A DNA stretch of 64,000 nt from Marispirochaeta sp. (lineage in GTDB: Bacteria > Spirochaetota > Spirochaetia > JC444 > Marispirochaetaceae). Below are positions 29,740 to 38,522 of this stretch, in pieces. The stretch is from contig CAXXFF010000004.1 in assembly GCA_963676835.2 (NCBI GenBank), positions 352,001-416,000 of the forward strand, in the 5' to 3' direction. A program made the position numbers and the translations under genes. The notes under the pieces were generated by a model. It had not been told where the DNA came from. It saw only the letters and a program-made list of their open reading frames with translations, and ran no database searches. Each line of letters begins with the position of its first letter. Positions within the stretch are counted from its first letter, which is position 1.

Positions 29740-30891
29740 ATGGAGATTTCAATAAAACCGATTGATAAGAGTACATATGACAAGACTGAGCGCAGGACAT
29801 CCGAAGAGATCCTGCGGCAGGCACGTATGATCTCTCAGATATCGATTCTTGACATAATGTCTCAGCACAGCACAGATTTTGTCGGCGTCCTGAACAGTAC
29901 CCGCCAGTTTATCTATCTCAACAAAAAATCATTGCCCGAGGATGCTCAGCCGGCGCTGCTTCTGGGTATGCGGCCTGGGGAAATGCTGGGCTGTGTACAC
30001 AGCCATGAATCGGCCTACGGCTGCGGATTATCCGGAGCCTGTTCTTATTGCGATGCGGTTCAGACAGTGATGCAGACCCTTACCACCGGAGAAAGCGCGG
30101 AAAGGGAAGGGCGTATTCTGGTGGAACATGATGGCAGGACTGACTCTCTGGACGTCCTTATTCATACTTCACCCTTTGTCCTGGAGGGGGAACTCTTCGT
30201 AATCCTGCACCTGAAGGATATTTCCGTAGAAAAGCGCATGGATATTATGGAACGGATTTTCTATCACGATATCTACAACTCCATCGCATCCCTGAACAGC
30301 ATAATAAATCTCTCCGAAATTACCTCCGACGAGATACCCGATGTTGAGCAGTACCTCCTGTCAGGAGTCAACGATATTATTGAGCAGATTGAATACCAGA
30401 GACTGATAAAAACCATCGAACAGGGAAAATCTGTTGATGAACCGCCGCTGACGGAAATAAAGGAAATGCTCGAAAATTTCCTGCCCCTGATAAACCACTC
30501 TGCCTTTCTGGAGGGAAGAAAGTTCAGTCAGGAGATCTCTCCCGATCCGGTCTTTGTTAAGGCGAAACCGGTAATTCTCCGGCGGATTCTCATGAATCTG
30601 CTGAAAAATGCAAAAGAGGCCTCCGATCCCGGGGATACATTGAGCATTGCAATAGACTCAACTGGAGAGAACTGTACTATCCAGGTACGCAATCCTCAGT
30701 ACATTAGCCCCGAAGTTCAGGCCGGAATATTTCAACACTCCTTCAGCACCAAGGGAATCGGCAGGGGCTACGGAACCTACAGCATGAAAATCCTGAGCCA
30801 GCGCTATCTGGGTGGCGATATAGATTTCACCACCACCCCCGAAGAGGGGACCTGCTTTACTTTACAGATTCCCCTTTTCAGGGATCAGTAA
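29740..30891 (+). CDS. Cytoplasmic histidine kinase with Cys-rich PAS domain
   Basis: GCVHS..GCG...CSYC; FYHDIYN; NLLKNAKEA; FSTKG.GRGYG. Confidence 0.85.
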   Translation: MEISIKPIDKSTYDKTERRTSEEILRQARMISQISILDIMSQHSTDFVGVLNSTRQFIYLNKKSLPEDAQPALLLGMRPGEMLGCVHSHESAYGCGLSGACSYCDAVQTVMQTLTTGESAEREGRILVEHDGRTDSLDVLIHTSPFVLEGELFVILHLKDISVEKRMDIMERIFYHDIYNSIASLNSIINLSEITSDEIPDVEQYLLSGVNDIIEQIEYQRLIKTIEQGKSVDEPPLTEIKEMLENFLPLINHSAFLEGRKFSQEISPDPVFVKAKPVILRRILMNLLKNAKEASDPGDTLSIAIDSTGENCTIQVRNPQYISPEVQAGIFQHSFSTKGIGRGYGTYSMKILSQRYLGGDIDFTTTPEEGTCFTLQIPLFRDQ

Positions 30892-32254
30892 CACCTGCGC
30901 CGGAACTGACCGCCGGCGGCCGCTTTGAGAGTAGGGAAAGAATAAAAATCACAACCCCCGCCGCCACACTTATCCAGCAGGCAGTGCTGTAACTGCCGCC
31001 ATAGCGCAGGGAGAGGCTGAACAGATAGGGCCCAAGGGCGGAACCGGCAACAACCAGCCCCATGGCAAAGCCGGAAATAGCACCAAGATGCTTTATACCG
31101 AAATGTTTCGGCCAGACAACGGTGCTGATAAGGTTCATGAGACCACCGCTTATGCCGTGTCCGGTAATAACCAGAATATACATAAGCCCGGGCTGCAGAA
31201 ACGAGAGAGCCACTGCCTCAAGAAGAATTCCCCCGATTAAAAGCAGCAGAAACACCTTAAGGGGCATGCGGTCACTGAGCCAGCTTGCGGAGACATTCAC
31301 AAAGAGAGATATAACCGCCGCAGGAAGAAAAACCCCGACGCCGGCCTCTTCGCTCATGCCGGCCTCTGCAAAAATTGAGACAACATGAAAGCTCATAGCA
31401 GTTATGAACAGGCCGAAGAGCATAAGACTTAAGGCATATACCCAGAAATCGAGCTGAGCCTTTGCCTCTTCCAGGGTATAACCCTCCAACGCTTCCTCGC
31501 CTTTTTTTGCTTCTTCTGTTCCTGCTGCTCCTTCAACTCCGGCAGTGCCGCAGGTTTTCAAATCCGGGACCATTCCGCAGATGTAGGGGTTATCCCGGGC
31601 AAGCAGCCAGAACAGGGGTGCAGAAAGAACAATCAGAAAAAGCCCGATGAAAAGCCAGGCACCCCGCCAGCCGACCGCCTGAATAATGCTGTGGAAAAGC
31701 CTGGGAGCATAGGAAAAACCGAAGCTTACGGTAATTCCGATGAAAACATTGGCAAATCCCCGTTTGCGGCTGAACCACTTCATGGCCATATTTCTGCTGG
31801 TAAGGGTGAGAATCCCCTGCCCCATAAGGCGCATGAGGAAAAATCCTATACTTACCAGTACAAAACTGAATATCCAGGCCCGGATAAAAGGAAAAAGCCC
31901 TCCCAGAGCCCCTGCAGCCTTGTCCAGCATGGACATTCCAAGCAGCGTAAGTCCCAGAAACGCCGTAACAGCTGCACCGGTATACCTTGCACCTGTACGA
32001 TCCAGCAGACGTCCCGCCCGGGGCAGAACAAGGGCACTGCAGATAGTTCCGAACATGTAGGCGAGGCTTATGGCAACCCGGGACAGCCCCAGGGCTTCGA
32101 TAAGATAGTCGGTAAAAACAGAAACCCCCATGGTCTGTCCGGGAATACTCAAAAGCATTCCCAGGGATGACAGGCCCAGGATTACCCAGCCGTAAAAAAA
32201 GGGAACCCGCCGGGGGTTGAATGGTATAGTTGCAGTTTTGCTTTCCAGTCTCAT
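30878..32254 (-). CDS. MFS transporter
   Basis: FYGW, GRLLDRTGAR motif A, about 12 TM; start moved to ATG 32254. Confidence 0.9.
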   Translation of the reverse strand: MRLESKTATIPFNPRRVPFFYGWVILGLSSLGMLLSIPGQTMGVSVFTDYLIEALGLSRVAISLAYMFGTICSALVLPRAGRLLDRTGARYTGAAVTAFLGLTLLGMSMLDKAAGALGGLFPFIRAWIFSFVLVSIGFFLMRLMGQGILTLTSRNMAMKWFSRKRGFANVFIGITVSFGFSYAPRLFHSIIQAVGWRGAWLFIGLFLIVLSAPLFWLLARDNPYICGMVPDLKTCGTAGVEGAAGTEEAKKGEEALEGYTLEEAKAQLDFWVYALSLMLFGLFITAMSFHVVSIFAEAGMSEEAGVGVFLPAAVISLFVNVSASWLSDRMPLKVFLLLLIGGILLEAVALSFLQPGLMYILVITGHGISGGLMNLISTVVWPKHFGIKHLGAISGFAMGLVVAGSALGPYLFSLSLRYGGSYSTACWISVAAGVVIFILSLLSKRPPAVSSGAGVTDP

Positions 32255-32313
32255 ATATAAGGGCGGAGTATACCCGCCACAGAAGCGGGGATTCAAGTTA
32301 AGGGAGAAATAAA

Positions 32314-32346
32314 TTAACAGAAATTTAACATTAAGGCGGATATAAA
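32314..32346 (+). promoter_or_regulatory. Pho-box-like tandem repeat and -10 element upstream of arsC
   Basis: TTAACA 32314-32319 and 32325-32330 (11-bp period), then 10 nt, then TATAAA 32341-32346. Confidence 0.45.
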
Positions 32347-32369
32347 AACGTAGTATTTTTGTCATAGTC

Positions 32370-32442
32370 AATAACAGCAGATTCTGCATAAGCCGCACCG
32401 GAAAAGGTCATAAAGCAATCGTGCAGCAGGGTCTGTGTTATT
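32370..32442 (+). ncRNA. Candidate structured leader RNA upstream of arsC
   Basis: AATAACA-g-CAGATTCTGC pairs with GCAGGGTCTG-TGTTATT (17 bp, two G-U pairs that work only on +); inner ACC-GGAAAA-GGT hairpin. Confidence 0.35.
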
Positions 32443-32467
32443 ATCATCGAGAATCAAGGAGTTCAGA

Positions 32468-32899
32468 ATGAGCAAAGAGCGAATCCTTTTCCTTTGTACC
32501 GGTAATTCCTGCCGCAGTCAGATGGCTGAAGGCTGGGCCCGGGCACTGAAGGGTGACCTGTTTGAGGTTGAATCTGCCGGTATAGAGACCCATGGTATGA
32601 ATCAGAATGCAATTAAAGTAATGGGCGAAGCAGGCATTGATATATCCGGGCATCACAGCAAGACCACCGCAGACCTTATCAACAACGAGTTTGAATATGT
32701 TGTTACCGTATGTGATCATGCATCGGAAAACTGCCCCTACTTTCCCGCAAAAACACGGATTATCCATCGAGGATTCGATGATCCCCCCAGACTGGCAAAG
32801 AATGCCGCCAGCGAGGAAGAGGCTCTGGATCATTACCGCCGGGTCCGGGATGAGATAAAGGCTTTTATCGAAACCCTGCCGGAAGCCTTAAAAAAATAG
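32468..32899 (+). CDS. arsC: Thioredoxin-type arsenate reductase (LMW-PTP fold)
   Basis: FLCTGNSCRSQMAEG, TVCD....CP, FDDP; AAGGAG SD. Confidence 0.92.
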   Translation: MSKERILFLCTGNSCRSQMAEGWARALKGDLFEVESAGIETHGMNQNAIKVMGEAGIDISGHHSKTTADLINNEFEYVVTVCDHASENCPYFPAKTRIIHRGFDDPPRLAKNAASEEEALDHYRRVRDEIKAFIETLPEALKK

Positions 32900-32908
32900 C
32901 AGGCGCTT

Positions 32909-33595
32909 ATGTCGGAAAACATGCGCCGCTACACTTCGGAGTTTATCGGAACCTTCTTTCTGGTCTTTGCAGGCTGCGGTGCCGTGGGAGTTGAGTCGGT
33001 GAACCCGGGAACCCTGGGGCATCCGGGAATATCCATGGTATTCGGTCTGATTGTAATGGTACTCATTTATGCAGTCGGCAATATCTCAGGCGCCCACTTT
33101 AATCCCGCAGTAACCATGGGCTTTTTCTGGGCCCGGCGGATTACTTTCCGGCAGGTCCCCCCCTATCTTGCAGCCCAGATAAGCGGAGCAGTACTAGCCT
33201 CCCTGCTGTTGAAGGCGGTTCTGCCTGCAGCGGCTTCGGTCGGAGCGACACTGCCTTCCGCAGGGGTCTGGCAGAGCCTGCTGCTGGAAACGGTGTTTAC
33301 CTTTCTGTTAATGTTTGTAATTCTGAATGTCTCTACGGGACACATGGAAAAAGGTATTATGGCGGGAGTTGCCGTGGGGGGCACCATCGCACTTCTGGCG
33401 CTTATCGGCGGCCCTCTTACAGGAGCGTCAATGAATCCTGCCAGAAGCCTTGGTCCGGCTCTGGCCGGCGGCATCTGGCAGCAGCACTGGATCTACTGGA
33501 TCGGTCCGTTGCTGGGAAGCCTGGCGGCTTCCCCCTGGTGCAGATACATCCAGGGGCCGGCCTGCTGTTATGTTGATCCCGATCAGCCTTCCTGA
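32909..33595 (+). CDS. MIP-family aquaporin/aquaglyceroporin (probable arsenite channel)
   Basis: SGAHFNPAVT and GASMNPARS NPA boxes; 9 bp after arsC. Confidence 0.9.
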   Translation: MSENMRRYTSEFIGTFFLVFAGCGAVGVESVNPGTLGHPGISMVFGLIVMVLIYAVGNISGAHFNPAVTMGFFWARRITFRQVPPYLAAQISGAVLASLLLKAVLPAAASVGATLPSAGVWQSLLLETVFTFLLMFVILNVSTGHMEKGIMAGVAVGGTIALLALIGGPLTGASMNPARSLGPALAGGIWQQHWIYWIGPLLGSLAASPWCRYIQGPACCYVDPDQPS

Positions 33596-33834
33596 GCCTT
33601 TTTAATCAGATCGAAAAGCTGTACCCGCTTGTCCCGCCGGACAGCGGGCTGCATATCTGCTGCAATTAACCGTGCGGCATCCCCTGCTTTTTCATCCTCC
33701 CCCCAGCAGGAGAGGATACTGTCACAGGGGATTCCGGTGGCAGTAAGCCTGCAGTATTTAAATGGAACCGGATGCCCGAGCCGCTTGCAGTAGCGGCTCG
33801 TCTCATCCGGATACCCGGCACTGTTCTCTACCAT
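33583..33834 (-). CDS. Small Cys/His-rich hypothetical protein
   Basis: YCKRLGH..F.YCR....PC..IL.CW; ATG overlaps the trpB2 stop. Confidence 0.7.
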   Translation of the reverse strand: MVENSAGYPDETSRYCKRLGHPVPFKYCRLTATGIPCDSILSCWGEDEKAGDAARLIAADMQPAVRRDKRVQLFDLIKKAQEG

Positions 33835-35216
33835 TTACCGCTCTTGGCAGTAGAAGGCTTGGGAAACTCCGCGATTGCTTCAAGATTCCTGTCCAGTTCC
33901 GACTGGGGAAAATCATAATCATGAAGCTTTCCGCTCATATAGGCATCGTAGCCTGCCAGGTCTACAAGACCATGACCGCTCAAGTTGAAGACAATCACCT
34001 TCTCTTTGCCCTCTGCATCCGCCTCTTTGGCTGCCTGAACGGCCCCGGCAACGGCATGACTTGTTTCGGGTGCCACAATAAGGCCTTCGGTGCGGGCAAA
34101 GTTGATTGCCGCCTCATAACATTCAAGCTGATGGATCGAACGGGGAGTAAGCAGCCCTTCCACAACCGCCTGGGACACCAGAGGAGCCATACCATGATAA
34201 CGCAGACCACCGGCATGGATGGGAGGAGGAACAAAATTATGCCCAAGAGTATACATGGGAAGCAGGGGTGTCATTCCGGAGAAATCACCAAGGTCGTAGG
34301 AGAAGGGCCCTTTTGTAAGGGTAGGACAGCTGGCGGGCTCAATGGGAATAATCTCTATATCCGCTCCGTTTATCTTGTCCTGGACAAAGGGGAAGGCCAT
34401 TCCCGCAAAGTTGCTTCCTCCGCCGGCACAGCCGATTACTATATCGGGCTGCTTTTCGCCGAATTTAGCCAGCTGCTTTTTGGTTTCCAGACCGATTATG
34501 GTCTGATGCAGCATTACATGATTCAGCACACTTCCCAGGGCATACTTGGTTCCTCCGGTGCTGTCGTTCACTGCGTACTCAACCGCTTCACTGATGGCAA
34601 TGCCAAGGCTGCCGGGGGTATCAGGATACTTCTCCAGAACCTCCCGTCCTGCCCGTGTCTCGGTACTGGGACTGGCGATACATTCTGCGCCCCAGGTCTG
34701 CATCATCAGTTTACGGTAGGGTTTCTGGTCAAAACTGATACGCACCATGAAAACCTTCAGGTCTATGCCAAACTGAGCACAGGCAAAGGAGAGAGCACTT
34801 CCCCACTGACCGGCACCGGTTTCCGTGGTCAGGTGCTTTATTCCGGCCTCTTTATTGTAGTAAGCCTGGGCCACAGCACTGTTGGGCTTATGGCTGCCCG
34901 CGGGGCTTACACTTTCATTCTTGTAGTAGATTCGGGATTTTGTACCGAGGAACTTTTCCAGTGCATAGGCACGGTGCAGAGGTGAAGGCCGCCATTTGGC
35001 AAGAATTCCAAGAACCTCTTCGGGAATATCAATCCAGCGCTCCTGGCTTACCTCCTGCTCTATAAGGTTCATGGGAAAAATAGGCTCCAGCATGTCCGGA
35101 GAGACAGGGTTTCCGTCAGGTCCAAGGGGCGGCTGCAGGGGGGTGGGTAAATCAGCGGCAAGGTTGTACCACTGCCGCGGCATCTCATCTTCTGTCAGAA
35201 ATATTCGGGTGGGCAT
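33828..35216 (-). CDS. trpB2: TrpB-like PLP enzyme (tryptophan synthase beta chain 2)
   Basis: [50 protein letters not shown]. Confidence 0.93.
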   Translation of the reverse strand: MPTRIFLTEDEMPRQWYNLAADLPTPLQPPLGPDGNPVSPDMLEPIFPMNLIEQEVSQERWIDIPEEVLGILAKWRPSPLHRAYALEKFLGTKSRIYYKNESVSPAGSHKPNSAVAQAYYNKEAGIKHLTTETGAGQWGSALSFACAQFGIDLKVFMVRISFDQKPYRKLMMQTWGAECIASPSTETRAGREVLEKYPDTPGSLGIAISEAVEYAVNDSTGGTKYALGSVLNHVMLHQTIIGLETKKQLAKFGEKQPDIVIGCAGGGSNFAGMAFPFVQDKINGADIEIIPIEPASCPTLTKGPFSYDLGDFSGMTPLLPMYTLGHNFVPPPIHAGGLRYHGMAPLVSQAVVEGLLTPRSIHQLECYEAAINFARTEGLIVAPETSHAVAGAVQAAKEADAEGKEKVIVFNLSGHGLVDLAGYDAYMSGKLHDYDFPQSELDRNLEAIAEFPKPSTAKSGKW

Positions 35217-35252
35217 AGTTCCTCCTGGGAAAAATAAATGGTGGAATAAAAC

Positions 35253-35299
35253 GTTACTGTATGTAGTAACATTTAAACACCACCCGGGAGGTATGTCAA
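35253..35299 (-). promoter_or_regulatory. trpB2 promoter with palindromic operator over the start site
   Basis: TTGACA (35294-35299)-17-TTAAAT (35271-35276), then GTTACT-N6-AGTAAC at 35253-35270. Confidence 0.6.
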
Positions 35300-35318
35300 G
35301 AAAATTCAGTCGGTCATG

Positions 35319-37202
35319 TCAGTCGTCAACGGCATCAAGCTCCTGAGCACCTTCGGCACTTACTACAGGCAGCATGATCAGAAAGCGGGCACCACCAAGG
35401 GAGGAGTCATTCACCATCAGACGTCCGGCGTGCTTATGGGCAATGATGTCATAGGAGATGCTCAGCCCCAGACCGGTTCCCGATCCGACATCCTTGGTAG
35501 TAAAGAAGGGGTCAAATATTTTGGTTCTAAGATCCCGGGGAACACCTGGGCCTGAGTCTTCCACAACGCATACCACAAAGTCATTCTTTACAAGGGTACT
35601 TATCCGGATTTTGCCTTTTACACCCTCAGGCATGCTTTCGCCTTTAATCGCCTGGGCGGCGTTGATGAGAATATTCAGAAGAACCTGCCTGATTTCTCCG
35701 GCATTGCACATAATTGTCGGCAGAGGCTGGAACCTGGTAGACACGGTGGTGTGATACTTGAGCTCATTTCGGGCAATAACCAGGGTATTGCGAATAGCCT
35801 CGTTGAGATCCAGCTCGGTTATTTCTCCTCCCCGGTCCTGATAGGAAAATCCTTTAAGATTCTGAACAATCTCGGCCATCCGGTTTATACCGTCCTGGGT
35901 TTCCGCGAAGACCGTGGAAAGATCCTGCTGTATAAAATCAATACCCAGTTTCGCAGCAAGCTTCTCCCGTTCTTCACCGTCCTTACCGGGAACTTCATCG
36001 GCATACTGCAGAAGGGACTCACTGTACTGGTGGATCGTTGAAAAATTACTCTGAACAAAGCCAAGGGGGTTGTTAATCTCGTGTGCCAGGCCTGCAGCCA
36101 GCTGCCCTATGGATGCCAGCTTCTCGCTCTGAACAATCTGATCCTGGGCCATCTGCAGTTTATTATTGCTTTCGGTAAGCTCCATGTTGGTGCGCATCAA
36201 CCGGGCATTCAGCTCTATGCGGGCGCTGATATTCTTTATAATTCCTGAAAAGCCCTTGAGATTACCCGTTCCATCGAAAGCGGTTGAAGCCCCCTCTAGA
36301 CAGAAAATTTTCTCCCCGTCTTTTCGTCGGAGCACTATTTCAAGATCCTTTAAATAATTATGAGCCTGCAGTATCTCGGCGTTGAAATTCCATTGATCAG
36401 GATCAAAAAAGAGATCCCGTAAATGCATTCCCACCAGCTCTTCTTCTTTCTCATACCCCAGCAGTTGCACACCGGCAGCATTAATTGCAAGCAGCTTGCC
36501 TTCACCGTCGGCATGGTAGATCATATCCATGGAGTCATCAAAAATCGCCCGGTAGCGCTCTTCTATGCGCCTCAGTGCAATTTCCGCCTCTCTGCGTCGC
36601 TCCATCTGAAGGTGGTTCATAACCTGGTCCCGGGTGAGGATCTGCAGGGAATCACGGTGATTGCTGAGAAGATCTATATCCTTCTGATTAAAAGCTTTGT
36701 CCCGTCCGACAAACTGCAGGATACCGTATATCGATTCGTTGTTGGCAAACCCGAGGGTCAGGGAGTTCTCTCCTTTTATCCCCCCGAGAAAAGAGGTACA
36801 GGGACCGTTTTCAAGAATCACCGGATTGTTGCGGACCTTATCAAACAGTTGATCCAGCCGCTCAGCAAAACCACCCTGACGGACTTCAAGCTCGGGAATG
36901 CCGAAGCTGGCATTGGGGTCTCTACTGCTGAATTGTATATCCAGCATGCGGGGACCGTCAAAAAGAACTATAAGAGAACTCCACGCATCAAGACGCTCAT
37001 TGAGAGTACGCAGGAGCTCCCGGTAATTCCTGGTTCCCATCATGGAAATGAGACTGGCTGCAAATGCCCGGCAATCATCTTCTGTAACAGACGATTTACC
37101 GGAAGAAACAGTCCTGGAGATACGGGAAATCCTGAAAGCGAGAACAATGAGAATTACAACGCCCACAGAGAGGAGCAGTATTACCAGATATTGGTAGATC
37201 AT
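35319..37202 (-). CDS. Membrane GAF-like/PAS histidine kinase (NtrB-like)
   Basis: N-terminal TM; QSEKLASIGQLAAGLAHEINNP; FDPFFTTK.VG.GTGLGL. Confidence 0.92.
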   Translation of the reverse strand: MIYQYLVILLLSVGVVILIVLAFRISRISRTVSSGKSSVTEDDCRAFAASLISMMGTRNYRELLRTLNERLDAWSSLIVLFDGPRMLDIQFSSRDPNASFGIPELEVRQGGFAERLDQLFDKVRNNPVILENGPCTSFLGGIKGENSLTLGFANNESIYGILQFVGRDKAFNQKDIDLLSNHRDSLQILTRDQVMNHLQMERRREAEIALRRIEERYRAIFDDSMDMIYHADGEGKLLAINAAGVQLLGYEKEEELVGMHLRDLFFDPDQWNFNAEILQAHNYLKDLEIVLRRKDGEKIFCLEGASTAFDGTGNLKGFSGIIKNISARIELNARLMRTNMELTESNNKLQMAQDQIVQSEKLASIGQLAAGLAHEINNPLGFVQSNFSTIHQYSESLLQYADEVPGKDGEEREKLAAKLGIDFIQQDLSTVFAETQDGINRMAEIVQNLKGFSYQDRGGEITELDLNEAIRNTLVIARNELKYHTTVSTRFQPLPTIMCNAGEIRQVLLNILINAAQAIKGESMPEGVKGKIRISTLVKNDFVVCVVEDSGPGVPRDLRTKIFDPFFTTKDVGSGTGLGLSISYDIIAHKHAGRLMVNDSSLGGARFLIMLPVVSAEGAQELDAVDD

Positions 37203-37280
37203 GATGCTTTAAGGGTAGCTGAATAAACAAAAAAATCAAATAAATTTGACTTTATATCGTGCCTGTTCAACAATTTCAGT

Positions 37281-38516
37281 ATGAGTACCTACAGAGTTCT
37301 TTTTGTTGACGACGAAATAAACATACTTCAGTCCCTTAAACGGGCGTTCTTCAGCTACGCGGAATTTGAGGTAATTACCTGTGATAACGCAGAGGATGCC
37401 GTGGCTACCCTGGCAACCGAACGGGTGGATGTACTTGTTTCAGATGAAAAAATGCCGAAAATTGAGGGCAGCCAGCTGGTTGAATATGTAAAAAACCGTT
37501 TTCCCGATGTGATCCGTATAATCCTCACCGGTTACGCGGATATGGAGAAAATAATAAAGGCCGTTAACAAAGGTGAAGTTTACCGGTATCTCGTAAAACC
37601 CTGGAATAACGAAGATCTTATTACAACCGTACGCAGTGCAGCGGAATTCGGACGGCTTAAACGCTACAATAAAGAGCTGGAAGCGCAGCTGAAGGCTCAC
37701 AATGAATCCCTTAAAAAAGAGATAGTAAAGAGAACTGCTCATCTGGAAAAAGCTCTTCAGGCGGCAAAAAGACTGCACAACCGGGTGCAGGAGAATTTCG
37801 AAGGAACCGTTTCTCTGGTGACCCACATGATGGGCCTCATAAGCCAGGAACACAAGGAAAATGCCTCCCGGGTTGCAAGGCTTTGTGAACGTATAGCCCA
37901 TAAGATGGAGATGGAGAAAGAGGATACAGGTATACTGCGTACTGCTGCCCTGCTCTACCAGCTGGGAACCCTTTCCAGCGGAAGCGGAGACCCCGGCGAC
38001 AGTGCACAACAGGCAGTTGCCGGTGCCGATCTGCTTACCCGGATCTCAACCCTGACGCCGGTTGCAGAGCTTATTCGCCATTACCGGGAAAACTTCGACG
38101 GAAGTGGAAAACCCGACGGTCTGGCAAAAAAGGATATACCCCTGGGATCGAGAATTATTGCAGTTGCAGCGGATTACGTTCAGCTGGCCTACAGCGGAGA
38201 GAACAGCCCGGAAGAAGCCCTGCAGAAAATAGTACTCAAATCTGAAAGTCTCTATGATCCTGAAATAATAAATATTCTGAAAGAAATGGAAGCCGCCGCC
38301 ATGAGCAGCAGTGGAGCGGGACTGCAGGATGTTCCCATACAGATAAAAAATCTCAGCCCCGGAATGATATTGAAAAATGATCTTATATCAAAGAATGGTG
38401 TACTGGTGGTTCCCAGTAACACTCCTCTTACCCAGTCAATGGTTGATCATCTGGTAAAAACCAACCTGCTTGACCGGGAAGAGACGGTTTATCTTAAGCA
38501 TAAACACAAAGAGTAG
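37281..38516 (+). CDS. Response regulator with degenerate HD-GYP domain
   Basis: LFVDDE, SDEKMP, LTGY, KPW receiver; LLYQLG and ENFDGSGKPDGL....IPLGSRIIAVA. Confidence 0.88.
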   Translation: MSTYRVLFVDDEINILQSLKRAFFSYAEFEVITCDNAEDAVATLATERVDVLVSDEKMPKIEGSQLVEYVKNRFPDVIRIILTGYADMEKIIKAVNKGEVYRYLVKPWNNEDLITTVRSAAEFGRLKRYNKELEAQLKAHNESLKKEIVKRTAHLEKALQAAKRLHNRVQENFEGTVSLVTHMMGLISQEHKENASRVARLCERIAHKMEMEKEDTGILRTAALLYQLGTLSSGSGDPGDSAQQAVAGADLLTRISTLTPVAELIRHYRENFDGSGKPDGLAKKDIPLGSRIIAVAADYVQLAYSGENSPEEALQKIVLKSESLYDPEIINILKEMEAAAMSSSGAGLQDVPIQIKNLSPGMILKNDLISKNGVLVVPSNTPLTQSMVDHLVKTNLLDREETVYLKHKHKE

Positions 38517-38522
38517 GTGTTA

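Noticed and set aside
32370..32443. Hairpin as an integron attC site (TAAC...GTTA ends)
   Set aside because: No unpaired central spacer, no cassette array and no integrase.
33762..34985. 407-aa plus-strand ORF
   Set aside because: Antisense shadow of trpB2.
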